Translations under genes and position numbers: made by a program
In this document: one piece after another, positions 29,426 to 37,856 of the stretch
How positions within the stretch are numbered: the stretch's first letter is position 1
Layout of the letters: every line of letters starts with the position of its first letter
Virus record (IMG/VR): IMGVR_UViG_3300018080_000195
Location: 1-60,316 of that record
Length of the DNA stretch: 60,316 nucleotides
Strand: one strand, 5' to 3'
Source: a virus
Lineage: Duplodnaviria; Caudoviricetes
The notes under the pieces: generated by a model
The model's input: the letters and a program-made list of their open reading frames with translations, nothing else
Told to the model about the DNA's origin: nothing
Database searches by the model: none

Positions 29426-30104
29426 AGTCGGAATGCTCCCTTCTCCTTGTAAGACGGTCACTGCAACGATACAGGAAGGACTTTTGACTGTCAAGTTGAA
29501 AGTTCATTTTCTCGATTCCGTAGCGATTTCAGCGTGTTGCGGAGACACGGTACCGGTTCGCTATCATAGAGAAACACAACACAAAATTTTATGGTCGAGT
29601 CTCTGCTCTTTTGTGCAGTGCGTCATATGTCCAAATTTTTGGAGGGGTCGGATTCTGAGTCGCAAACTGAGTCTCATTTTCTCAATGGACTCAGCTAGTT
29701 ACAGCTAAGTCAACGTAATACTCATTATCGGACACTCATAAGTACTCAATTTGATTGCACAAAGCTGGGTGTCGAATATTCTACAATGTGCAATAGTTGC
29801 AGAGTTTCATCCTATGCGAGTCATCACTTCTGCTACTATCCATTCTCGCAGTATGTACTGCAATAACTGACTGAGTTACAGTCCTACAACGACACTGGAT
29901 TCCGACTCGCTTCGCAGTCGATACTACTCAACGATTAGTCCAACTCTCGACACAGTGTCGAATCCGTAAAATCGACTCAGAAAATCCGAATCGACTCAGA
30001 CTAGCAGAAAAGAGAATTGGACTCGGAGAAACCCCTAGAATCGACTCTCTCCAATTCCAATGCATAGGATCAAGCTAGAAAGGAATCAACTAGAAAAGGA
30101 CGTT

Positions 30105-30302
30105 TTCAGGATCCTGAACAGTACATATAGAAGGATCCTTCTATTGCAGGATCCTTTGGAAGGATGATTAGATCCGAAAAGCTAGACTCCGCTCTTCCTG
30201 ACTATCGGATCGAATGTCGAGCTGGACAAGATCCGATATTGGAATCGTCAGGACAAGATCCTAGACTTTGATATTGGAAGGATCGAACAGAGCGGAGTCT
30301 AG
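30105..30302. other. GATC-rich palindrome cluster and branched hairpin
   Basis: Palindromes TTCAGGATCCTGAA (30105-30118) and TAGAAGGATCCTTCTA (30128-30143); 14-bp closing stem 30182-30195 / 30289-30302 with internal stems. Confidence 0.7.
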
Positions 30303-30361
30303 TATTAACTGAAAAGGAAGTCGTGAATTTGGACTATTCTCGACTTCCTGAAGCACAAAGA

Positions 30362-30399
30362 AAAAGAGCATGTCCGAGTGTTACAGGACATGCTCTTTT
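30362..30399. terminator. intrinsic terminator, potentially bidirectional
   Basis: AAAAGAGCATGTCC / GGACATGCTCTTTT 14-bp stem just downstream of the leftward mini-operon. Confidence 0.8.
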
Positions 30400-30429
30400 C
30401 TGCTACTGACTATTAGTCGCTAATAGTCG

Positions 30430-30609
30430 CTAACAGGAATCGAAGAAGTCGCTTTTCCGAATCTTCAATCCTTGCAAGTTGTGATACAAACGCGCTGCAA
30501 GTGTCTGCATTTCTTCAATCGTGAGAAGATACAAGTCGAGACTCTCGACTTCTAGAATGTCTTTCAAGTCTTCTATTGCTCTCCTCAGAATGTCTCTTCT
30601 GCTTTCCAT
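30430..30609 (-). CDS. hypothetical protein, 59 aa
   Basis: MESRRDILRRAIEDLKDILEV...DFFDSC with AAAGGAG RBS; below the ORF-track cutoff. Confidence 0.65.
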   Translation of the reverse strand: MESRRDILRRAIEDLKDILEVESLDLYLLTIEEMQTLAARLYHNLQGLKIRKSDFFDSC

Positions 30610-30624
30610 TTCTCTGACTCCTTT

Positions 30625-30819
30625 CTAGTCTTTCAGGATCCTTTGCTCTTGAGGATACATGCTGTAGATCGTCCGGAGCAATTCATCCGTTGCACTTGCA
30701 AAGTCTTTCCGGAACTGTTCGATCTCCTCCAAGAGTCGATCGTATTCTTGGATGACTTCCTTTCTTGTAGTGTTCCAATTCAAGGAACGACAATCTCTTG
30801 CATGAGTCGGAGCTAACAT
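30625..30819 (-). CDS. hypothetical protein, 64 aa
   Basis: GAGGAG RBS; helical. Confidence 0.65.
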   Translation of the reverse strand: MLAPTHARDCRSLNWNTTRKEVIQEYDRLLEEIEQFRKDFASATDELLRTIYSMYPQEQRILKD

Positions 30820-30834
30820 AGTCTTTTCTCCTCT

Positions 30835-30939
30835 TTAAGTGCATCCATTCAGCAAAGGACAAGTTGCAATCACAACAAAGAGATATAGAAGGACGCAGAT
30901 TGTCATTAGGATTCGGAAAGTCCAATTTGTCTCTTTCAT
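30835..30939 (-). CDS. 34-aa hydrophobic micropeptide
   Basis: MKETNWTFRILMTICVLLYLFVVIATCPLLNGCT; fills the gap between two genes. Confidence 0.4.
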   Translation of the reverse strand: MKETNWTFRILMTICVLLYLFVVIATCPLLNGCT

Positions 30940-30951
30940 GATTCATCGTTT

Positions 30952-31509
30952 CTACAGGATCAATCCGTCTTCTCGGAGATCCTGCAACTGGAATGCTACT
31001 TCCGTCATCTGTTCCGGAGTCCACGTATTCCAAGTGATGATGAAGTCCTTTGACTCTTCGTCCAGGAATGCGAGATTCTTCTCTACTAATCCTTCGTTCC
31101 TGTATTCGTATATAGTCGTCTTGCTTGTGTTCCAAGGAAGATCGACTATAGGAACGAGTCCTGACTTGTCCTTTTTCTTGATTGGACGAAGGATTCCGTT
31201 TGCTGCATCCGATACTAACTGGAAACAAGCTAATGACTTTTTCGTCTTGAGTCCAAATCCAAAGATTGTCTTTTCTCCTCTTTGCTTGGACTCTTTCTTG
31301 TCCTTTGGAATGGACTTCCGGAACGCAATACACAGAACGTTGTCGAGACACATTTGACATTTTGTGTCTGAAGACTCGATTTGTCCAAGACAAACGTTCA
31401 ACGTCTGCATCTGCGTACGGAACTGTTCTGGAATGTGTCCAAGCAATCCGTAAATCGCTAAGACAATCCATTCCTGGACGACTCTGACAATAGTTTTTTC
31501 CGCGCTCAT
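30952..31509 (-). CDS. Zn-finger plus FG...PWN...TxY family protein (paralog 1)
   Basis: CLGQIESSDTKCQMCLDNVLC...KTIFGF...LPWNTSKTTIYE; AAAGGA RBS. Confidence 0.75.
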   Translation of the reverse strand: MSAEKTIVRVVQEWIVLAIYGLLGHIPEQFRTQMQTLNVCLGQIESSDTKCQMCLDNVLCIAFRKSIPKDKKESKQRGEKTIFGFGLKTKKSLACFQLVSDAANGILRPIKKKDKSGLVPIVDLPWNTSKTTIYEYRNEGLVEKNLAFLDEESKDFIITWNTWTPEQMTEVAFQLQDLREDGLIL

Positions 31510-31674
31510 TTTGAATTCCTTTCTTTTTCGAGTTAGACGTAAACGTCCAATTGTCGAAGTCGAATCGACTCGGATTCTTGCTACTGCGAATCATGTAAAA
31601 TCTCATCTCCTTTCTTGAGCAGATTCGGACTCAACTTTCTGAGTCCTTGCTCAGAGTCTTTCCGACTCGATAAC

Positions 31675-31704
31675 AGATTACTCGACTCGACAAATATATG
31701 TCAA
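31675..31704 (-). promoter_or_regulatory. sigma70-like promoter for the leftward mini-operon
   Basis: TTGACA-N18-TAATCT on the minus strand. Confidence 0.45.
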
Positions 31705-31734
31705 GTGAATTTACAATTTAATTTCGCAAGTATC

Positions 31735-31995
31735 TGAGTCTGAAGAATACTCAGTCAATTGCTTTCCGAGTCAATTAAATTCTTGACTGAGTATTCAAAG
31801 GACTTATTGACTATCGAGTCAAGTTATTGCTCATTCACTGAGTCAAAACTTGACTATCGAGTCAAAGTCTTTCTTTATTAGTCAGTCAATTCGCTTGCTA
31901 TCGAGTCAAGTCGAAGTCTGAGTCAATATTCGTTCTATCAGTCGAGACGTGACTCAAGTAAAACAAAGCGACTCAGAACTATAACATGAGTCAGA
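31735..31995. repeat. GAGTCA(A) motif cluster with TTGACT-ATCG-AGTCAA palindromic boxes
   Basis: TTGACTATCGAGTCAA at 31807-31822 and 31850-31865, variant at 31895-31909; 14-bp inverted repeat 31745-31758 / 31783-31796. Confidence 0.8.
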
Positions 31996-32435
31996 TCTCA
32001 GATCTGGGCCACCCCGATTTCGCTGGCATCCGATATTTTGTGATACCACGGGTGGGAAAAACACACACAACGCGGCTCAGGACGCCGCTCCTCAAAAACC
32101 AAACCGAAAACGGATCAAAAACACCACAATCTCCTCAACAGTGCGGAGAATAGTAGACTCACCATACGTGCTTGTAAATAGTTGATTCAATTAGACTTTT
32201 TCAAGTGAGAAGAATATTCAACAATAACTGTAGAATATTCTACAATCAGAGCGTATGTGGCACACCCATACGGGTATGTCTGAATCGACTATTTTATTGA
32301 ATTTAGTTAATGAATTCAAGCGTTTACAATGTGGTCATAATAGTCGCTAATAGTTTTGTATGAATATTGCATACAAATTACTTGAAGTAGATCCATTAAA
32401 TGCGGGTAACCGCAAAACACGAAAGGAGTCAGAAC

Positions 32436-32603
32436 ATGGAAGAGCAGACAAAGCAAGCAGGAGGATGGGACCGTGTGCGTAATTTCTTCTCAGAAGGAGT
32501 AGATGCGCCGAAGCTGAGTATGGACGAGATCAAGGAACTGAGTCCGGAAGAGAGAGCAGAAGTCAAGATGCTCGTGCTCGCCGCACTCAACAAGAGCGAC
32601 TAG
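32436..32603 (+). CDS. hypothetical protein, first gene of the right arm
   Basis: AAAGGAG RBS; MEEQTKQAGGWDRVRNFF. Confidence 0.7.
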   Translation: MEEQTKQAGGWDRVRNFFSEGVDAPKLSMDEIKELSPEERAEVKMLVLAALNKSD

Positions 32604-32662
32604 CTGTCGGAGTCCTGAGTTGTAGTCTGACTCAGGACTCTCATCAGTCAGTCGCTTTTTTT
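32595..32662 (+). terminator. terminator-like nested hairpin
   Basis: GAGTCCTGAGT / ACTCAGGACTC stem (32610-32640) inside AGCGACT / AGTCGCT, followed by a T run. Confidence 0.6.
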
Positions 32663-32783
32663 ATGTCAACTCACAGGAGAGAGGAGGTGCCAGCGTCAGA
32701 TCACAAAGTCAGACTAGATGTCTGAGTCAAGAGCGAGAAAATAAGCAAGAAAATTTCACTGAGTCAGAAAGGAGAAAGGAGCT

Positions 32784-33038
32784 ATGCATTTAACTGAGCG
32801 AGAAATTAATGAGATGCTCGGAAAGCGGCCCGTGTACTACATCAAGGACACGGATGGAGGATGGTACCTGAAGCGGAAGAGATGGGACCGCGAAGGATGC
32901 TGTCTGAGTCTCACTTGGACTCATGATCGCTCGGATGCGACTCCGTACAGGAAGGAACTCACCGCTATCGAGATCAAGGACAGAATCCGAGTCGATTACG
33001 AGAGAGAGACCGTCGAAGTGTTGCAAGTCTGGAACTGA
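32784..33038 (+). CDS. hypothetical protein
   Basis: AAAGGAG RBS; 84 aa. Confidence 0.7.
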   Translation: MHLTEREINEMLGKRPVYYIKDTDGGWYLKRKRWDREGCCLSLTWTHDRSDATPYRKELTAIEIKDRIRVDYERETVEVLQVWN

Positions 33039-33060
33039 GTCAATGAAAGGAGTCTGAGTC

Positions 33061-33303
33061 ATGTATATCCAATCATTCCTAGTCAGAGGAACGGGCCACT
33101 TTCCGTATGATATGCTTCGATACGATGGATGCTGGCCCAGCACGTCGGATGATGTACTGGAGATGACATACGAGTCCCGCGAATCGAGAGTAGTCAAGTT
33201 GACTCGATACACCCGGACGAAGAAAGAGATGCCGACAACTGGAAGATGGACCTCATTCGGATGGAACGTAGTCAAGGACTCAATCTCTACCTTCAAGGAC
33301 TGA
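33061..33303 (+). CDS. hypothetical phage protein
   Basis: FLVRGTGHFPYDMLRYDGCWP...PTTGRWTSFGW; RBS present. Confidence 0.75.
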   Translation: MYIQSFLVRGTGHFPYDMLRYDGCWPSTSDDVLEMTYESRESRVVKLTRYTRTKKEMPTTGRWTSFGWNVVKDSISTFKD

Positions 33304-33308
33304 GAGAG

Positions 33309-33707
33309 ATGCCGAGTAAGTACTCAGAATGGAAGTGCAAGTGCGGAAAGAAGTATATCCCCGCAAAGAAAGTGTATGGCGGATACGTCTATGAGTGCGA
33401 CTCATGTTCTTTTGTGACTCAACAAGAGGATATAGACTGGAAAGCAGGACGCACTGATAAGTACGTGGGCCGCATGTCGGAAAAGAGCAACGAAGGAATA
33501 ATCATTTTCAGGAACGACATTGCGGCCCATAAGCTACAGTTGAGACTCGAATCATCTCGTGGAATGGCACCGAACTTGAACATTACGAGTCCAGTCGGAG
33601 CGTTAGTCCGCCAGCAAGAGGATGAGAACAAGTCAATGGAGAAGGAGCCAACTATAGAGGAAGTACTCAAGGAGAAGGAAGATGACACCGATAACGAGCA
33701 GGATTAG
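33309..33707 (+). CDS. zinc-ribbon hypothetical protein
   Basis: WKCKCGK...ECDSC. Confidence 0.6.
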   Translation: MPSKYSEWKCKCGKKYIPAKKVYGGYVYECDSCSFVTQQEDIDWKAGRTDKYVGRMSEKSNEGIIIFRNDIAAHKLQLRLESSRGMAPNLNITSPVGALVRQQEDENKSMEKEPTIEEVLKEKEDDTDNEQD

Positions 33708-33894
33708 CCGTGAGATCACTGAGATGGAGATCCAGAGGGACCTCTATCTGGAGAACGACACCAGTGAGGAAGAGTATGTCAATGAGATCCGTCAGCTTGC
33801 CATCAATCTGTTGCTTGCCATAGACGGAAAGATCAAGCTGGACAACTACATTCCTGCCCTTGATATCGACTACAGGGTCAAGAGAGGAAACTGA
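33682..33894 (+). CDS. hypothetical protein
   Basis: 70 aa with RBS, within the operon. Confidence 0.6.
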   Translation: MTPITSRISREITEMEIQRDLYLENDTSEEEYVNEIRQLAINLLLAIDGKIKLDNYIPALDIDYRVKRGN

Positions 33895-33897
33895 GCC

Positions 33898-34080
33898 ATG
33901 GAGATACGACTAGACGCCCACTCTGCGGACAGAGTGCGAGTAGTGCTGTTCTGTAACCATTGCGGACACACGATGGGGCCATTCCTGATGGACGATCTGT
34001 TGCAGCCCGAGCCTATTGTGTGCCGTGCGTGTCGGAAGAGCGAGCCGATCTTCAGCAAGATGTCCCTCCGACTTGATTGA
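33898..34080 (+). CDS. small zinc-ribbon protein
   Basis: CNHC...CRAC. Confidence 0.6.
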   Translation: MEIRLDAHSADRVRVVLFCNHCGHTMGPFLMDDLLQPEPIVCRACRKSEPIFSKMSLRLD

Positions 34081-34153
34081 ACACCGTGATGCTGGAGTCG
34101 AGTCGGACTTCAGCATCATAGCCTGCAATCAAGCAGGAGAAAGGAGAAGGAGC

Positions 34154-34315
34154 ATGAGTGCCACAGCAGTAGTACAGGAGGAGACCGTAGAGATCACTGT
34201 TGTTTGTGAATCCTGTTTCAGGGTCACAACGAAGGAGTGCAGCCCGGATGAAGCGAAAAAAGTGCCGTTCGTAAAGTGTAGATGGTGTGGAACATTCGTC
34301 CGGTACAAGAAGTAA
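34154..34315 (+). CDS. small zinc-ribbon protein
   Basis: CESC...CRWCG; AAGGAG RBS. Confidence 0.65.
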   Translation: MSATAVVQEETVEITVVCESCFRVTTKECSPDEAKKVPFVKCRWCGTFVRYKK

Positions 34316-34330
34316 AAAGGAGACAGTCAA

Positions 34331-34690
34331 ATGGCTCTAATGCAGAACGAACACGGAGAGTGGGCCCAAAAGAAGTATCCACACACAGATGGAAATGCGG
34401 TCATCGAGTACGAAGTCGGCCAGTCCTTCTGCTATCCACATGACCGGATCGGATTCAGTTCCCTCATAAGGATTCCTGAAGCCGCAGCAAGAGCATGGCT
34501 CCAAGATCTCGGAATCCGGCTCAATCCGGACTACGATGCTACAGACAATGCCAACAACTGCAATCAGTGGCTCAACAAGCTCGCTGTAGTCGTAGATGTG
34601 AGATTCCACCCAGAGTGGAGGACACTGTGCCTGTACAATCATGACGGCACCTATGGACTCGTCGTAGAACGATGGAGGGACGAGCTATGA
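34331..34690 (+). CDS. hypothetical protein
   Basis: 119 aa, AAGGAG RBS. Confidence 0.7.
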   Translation: MALMQNEHGEWAQKKYPHTDGNAVIEYEVGQSFCYPHDRIGFSSLIRIPEAAARAWLQDLGIRLNPDYDATDNANNCNQWLNKLAVVVDVRFHPEWRTLCLYNHDGTYGLVVERWRDEL

Positions 34691-34872
34691 GACAACAATT
34701 CCACCGGATAACAGACCAGTGCGTCAGATGTAGTTGCTACTACGAGAACTGGTGCCATGACACGATGGAGTACATGAAAGAGTGTGATGCCGACTACGTG
34801 GAATGCACCCATGAGTTTGACACAATGCACAATGAGCCATGCGTATGTTTCGCACCATGCAAGGAGGAGTGA
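34687..34872 (+). CDS. Cys-rich hypothetical protein
   Basis: ATGA overlap; many Cys and His. Confidence 0.6.
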   Translation: MRQQFHRITDQCVRCSCYYENWCHDTMEYMKECDADYVECTHEFDTMHNEPCVCFAPCKEE

Positions 34873-34873
34873 G

Positions 34874-35203
34874 ATGACCACAATGTTTCGAGAGCAAGTC
34901 AAAGAGACAATGGCCAAGTTTGGATACAGGCCAGAGCAAGGAGATGATGGCTTCTTCTACTTCTTCAAGGACATCGCAGACGGAGAGGGTTGGATAGCTA
35001 TCACTGCTGCCAGTGAGGACAGGAAGCAGTGGATCAAAGACCCTCAAACGGATGAGAAGATGCTCGTACAAGTGTACGATGCCTGCGTCTACGGAGCACT
35101 CACCTTCGAAGCAGAGTTCACCCTCCTAGAGTTCCTTACAAACAATCACAATATCTACCGCGGAACTTTCCCACGAGTTGAAAAGGAGGAAGACAATGGG
35201 TAA
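34874..35203 (+). CDS. hypothetical protein
   Basis: AGGAGG RBS; MTTMFREQ. Confidence 0.7.
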   Translation: MTTMFREQVKETMAKFGYRPEQGDDGFFYFFKDIADGEGWIAITAASEDRKQWIKDPQTDEKMLVQVYDACVYGALTFEAEFTLLEFLTNNHNIYRGTFPRVEKEEDNG

Positions 35204-35507
35204 GAAGAAGAAGGACTTGCCTCCTCATCCTGTTCGCATAGTCGTGAACAAGAAGGGGCATGCACTTCCTCCGGACAGAGCCGCGAAGATGGACGTAGTG
35301 CCTGATATCGTCTTTGTCCGGAAGGATGGATGGGCCCTCGGAGCACCGTTCAGCCTCGCTGACGTAGCGTATGACCTCTGGAAGGATGAGTGGGACATAT
35401 TCTACAACGTACTCAGCGGACGGGACATCACGTTCCGAGCAAACCTGTATGAAACATGGAGGACCAACAAAAAGAAAGGAGGACGGAGCAATGGCCAGAC
35501 TAACTGA
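35196..35507 (+). CDS. hypothetical protein
   Basis: RBS; IVFVRKDGWALGAP. Confidence 0.7.
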   Translation: MGKKKKDLPPHPVRIVVNKKGHALPPDRAAKMDVVPDIVFVRKDGWALGAPFSLADVAYDLWKDEWDIFYNVLSGRDITFRANLYETWRTNKKKGGRSNGQTN

Positions 35508-35703
35508 TTTGACCGATCTACTGAGCAGGAAGAGGAGAGAGCCGGAGATGGAGCCAATGGACTGGATCGCATTGGAGGACCAGCTTGCGGATGTAGTGAA
35601 CAACCATGTGACGAACTGGACCGAGTTCGTGACCCTGATGCGGATCATGGAAGAAGTAACGGAGCAAGCGGCGGAGCACGTTAGCCTTCACATGAGTCAG
35701 TAG
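35491..35703 (+). CDS. hypothetical protein
   Basis: AGGAGG RBS; MARLTDL. Confidence 0.65.
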   Translation: MARLTDLTDLLSRKRREPEMEPMDWIALEDQLADVVNNHVTNWTEFVTLMRIMEEVTEQAAEHVSLHMSQ

Positions 35704-35713
35704 GAGGAAGAGC

Positions 35714-35974
35714 ATGACAGAAGAACGGGACATATTACATCCGTATTACCATGACTGCGATGAGTGCCGCTGGGTAGGATGGTTCTCTCCGTATGCTGAC
35801 AAGGTGCCGATGAACGTGTATCTCTGCCGAGATACTGTCATCATCCGATTCTCCTCTGAAGGGTCGGACTACTGGTCAGCTAGAGCGGAAGAAGGAATAA
35901 AGGGACCAATCTCTATCTCAACTGACGCTATCGCACTGGTTGAAGAACGCAAGCAATGGTTCAAGGAGGAATGA
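35714..35974 (+). CDS. hypothetical protein
   Basis: PYYHDCDECRWVG...IIRFSSEGSDYWS. Confidence 0.7.
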   Translation: MTEERDILHPYYHDCDECRWVGWFSPYADKVPMNVYLCRDTVIIRFSSEGSDYWSARAEEGIKGPISISTDAIALVEERKQWFKEE

Positions 35975-35976
35975 GA

Positions 35977-36243
35977 ATGGCAAGCACAATCACATTGAGG
36001 TACGATGCAACGTGCCGCGACTGTGGAGCGAGGCTCCCAGCAGGAACGAGGGCCCGCTACTACAAGCGTGGGTTCATCTACGGACTGGACTGCCATCCAC
36101 GACCGCAGAAGAGACGGAAGAACTGGAGACGGGACGATGCGATCCACTCGGCTCGTGAGTCTGCTGTCCAGTTGTTTGAAGGACCGGATGGAGTCTGGAG
36201 CATGGACGAGCATGGCAACGTACAGACTACGGCGACAGAGTAA
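35977..36243 (+). CDS. zinc-binding hypothetical protein
   Basis: LRYDATCRDCGARLPAG...DCH. Confidence 0.65.
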   Translation: MASTITLRYDATCRDCGARLPAGTRARYYKRGFIYGLDCHPRPQKRRKNWRRDDAIHSARESAVQLFEGPDGVWSMDEHGNVQTTATE

Positions 36244-36249
36244 AAGTGC

Positions 36250-36279
36250 TTGCCTTGCAACGAGTTAATAGTGTATAAT
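36250..36279 (+). promoter_or_regulatory. sigma70-like promoter
   Basis: TTGCCT-N18-TATAAT. Confidence 0.5.
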
Positions 36280-36384
36280 AGCAACCCTCGATTCCCCTTG
36301 GAATCAGAAAGGAGGTGCGTATGCACATAGATCGGTACCATATAAAGCACGAGTGGCACGTGCGGATGAAAGGAGGTGATACAT

Positions 36385-37029
36385 ATGACCCGGAAAGCAA
36401 ACACAGCCCGGAAGGAGGAGGAGAGAAAGGAAAAACGCTCTGATCCCGGAATCGTGGTACCACTGGAGGAAAAGAAGAAGGACAAGCCACGTAGAACGGC
36501 AAAGGGCAAGCAGCAACAGAGCAAGCCCGCTCCGAAGAAAGCAACAAAGAAGGAGGTGAAGAAGGAGACAGTAGCAAAAGCGGAAGCGGCGAAGAAGGAG
36601 CAGCCTAAGACAGTTGCAAAGTGCAAAGTGTACGGACAGCCGGATATGCATCATCACAAGTGTCAAGTATGCGGTGATCTGACGGAGTGTCTCGTACTGC
36701 AACAGCAGCAGACTCCTGAGACGAGCCGGACGAAGAGCAAGAGAGGAAAGTCCTTCATCGGCTTCCTCCGAGGATCCGGTAAAGCCACATTCGCTACCCA
36801 CATAGCGAAGACTCCATGCCACATGAGAGACATCAAGGTCGCTCCGTGGAACAAGAAGAAGTTGACATGGTACGACACGTTCAATGAACTAGAAAGGAAC
36901 GTGTCAGAAGATGGCACTCCTTTTCCTCTCGCAAAGAGAGAGAAGGGCATCATGTCTATCAACACGGAGAACCTTACAAAAGAGCAACTGGAACAGATGA
37001 GAAAGGAGGTCAAGGAGTTCCCTTACTAG
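36385..37029 (+). CDS. Lys-rich Zn-finger plus FG...PWN...TxY family protein (paralog 2)
   Basis: CKVYGQPDMHHHKCQVCGDLTEC...KSFIGF...APWNKKKLTWYD; AAAGGAGGTG RBS. Confidence 0.8.
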   Translation: MTRKANTARKEEERKEKRSDPGIVVPLEEKKKDKPRRTAKGKQQQSKPAPKKATKKEVKKETVAKAEAAKKEQPKTVAKCKVYGQPDMHHHKCQVCGDLTECLVLQQQQTPETSRTKSKRGKSFIGFLRGSGKATFATHIAKTPCHMRDIKVAPWNKKKLTWYDTFNELERNVSEDGTPFPLAKREKGIMSINTENLTKEQLEQMRKEVKEFPY

Positions 37030-37092
37030 GATGAACTAGAGTGGGTGAGCAATGCGAGTTGTTCACCCGCTTCATTCATCCAGTAATGGATG
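37029..37092 (+). terminator. long intergenic hairpin
   Basis: GTGGGTGAGCAA / TTGTTCACCCGC stem with G-U pairs, enclosed by GGATGAA / TTCATCC. Confidence 0.5.
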
Positions 37093-37135
37093 AGCAACCG
37101 ACAACCCGCAGAGGAAGAAAGGAGGAAAGAGGAGC

Positions 37136-37840
37136 ATGATTAGCGAAGCAGTAAAGAGGGAGAAAATCGAGAAAATTCGCAAACTTCAGAGACAGGCCGA
37201 AAGCACAGACTTTGCACCGGAGAGAGAGTTGTGCCTCCAACGCATCGAACAGATTATGGAGGAGTACCAGATTCTAGCGGAGGAGATGGAGGATCTGCCG
37301 ATAGGAGACATTGGAGCAAGCGAATTGGATGGATTGACCAATGAGTTCACAGTCATGAGACACTGGGAGAGCGTCCTAGCATACGCTGTAGCTGACATCT
37401 TTGACTGCACGACAGTCCGGGACCGCGGACGCAGACGATGGAAAACTGTATTCATTGGATCAAGAGAGCGGCTCATGTGTGCTATCCACTTCTATGACTT
37501 CCTACGAAGGGCGATAGACAAGTCAGCCACGGAGAAATTTTCTTCCTCAGAGGATCAGGCCACTTACAGTCAGATGTTCACGAATGTAGTCTCTGTCCGG
37601 CTCCGTGATAAGTACAAGCAGAGACAGCAGGAAGTGGGCAAAGAGAGCACCGCATTAGTTCATCTCAGAAGAAAGGAGGTCGACAGAGTGAGAGATGATT
37701 TGTTCCCGGAAGCGGAGCAGAACAACGAGCGCATGGAGCAGGGCAACCGTGATGCCCTGCTACAAGGAATGAGGGACGGAGAGGAGATTCCACTGAGCCG
37801 TCCTGTGGAGCAAGGAGAAGACAGACGCACTATCAAATGA
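37136..37840 (+). CDS. DUF2786-like protein
   Basis: KIEKIRKLQRQAES...E...IMEEYQI N-terminus; WESVLAYAVADIFDC...FIG. Confidence 0.75.
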   Translation: MISEAVKREKIEKIRKLQRQAESTDFAPERELCLQRIEQIMEEYQILAEEMEDLPIGDIGASELDGLTNEFTVMRHWESVLAYAVADIFDCTTVRDRGRRRWKTVFIGSRERLMCAIHFYDFLRRAIDKSATEKFSSSEDQATYSQMFTNVVSVRLRDKYKQRQQEVGKESTALVHLRRKEVDRVRDDLFPEAEQNNERMEQGNRDALLQGMRDGEEIPLSRPVEQGEDRRTIK

Positions 37841-37856
37841 AAGGAGGTACTACACT

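Noticed and set aside
446-29708. Numerous plus-strand ORFs in the left arm (and minus-strand ORFs in the right arm)
   Set aside because: They are antisense shadows of well-supported genes, with no RBS or motifs.
30683-31606. 307-aa ORF as a bona fide protein
   Set aside because: It overlaps three better-supported genes and has Arg/Ser-rich off-frame composition; kept only as a possible regulatory overlapping ORF.
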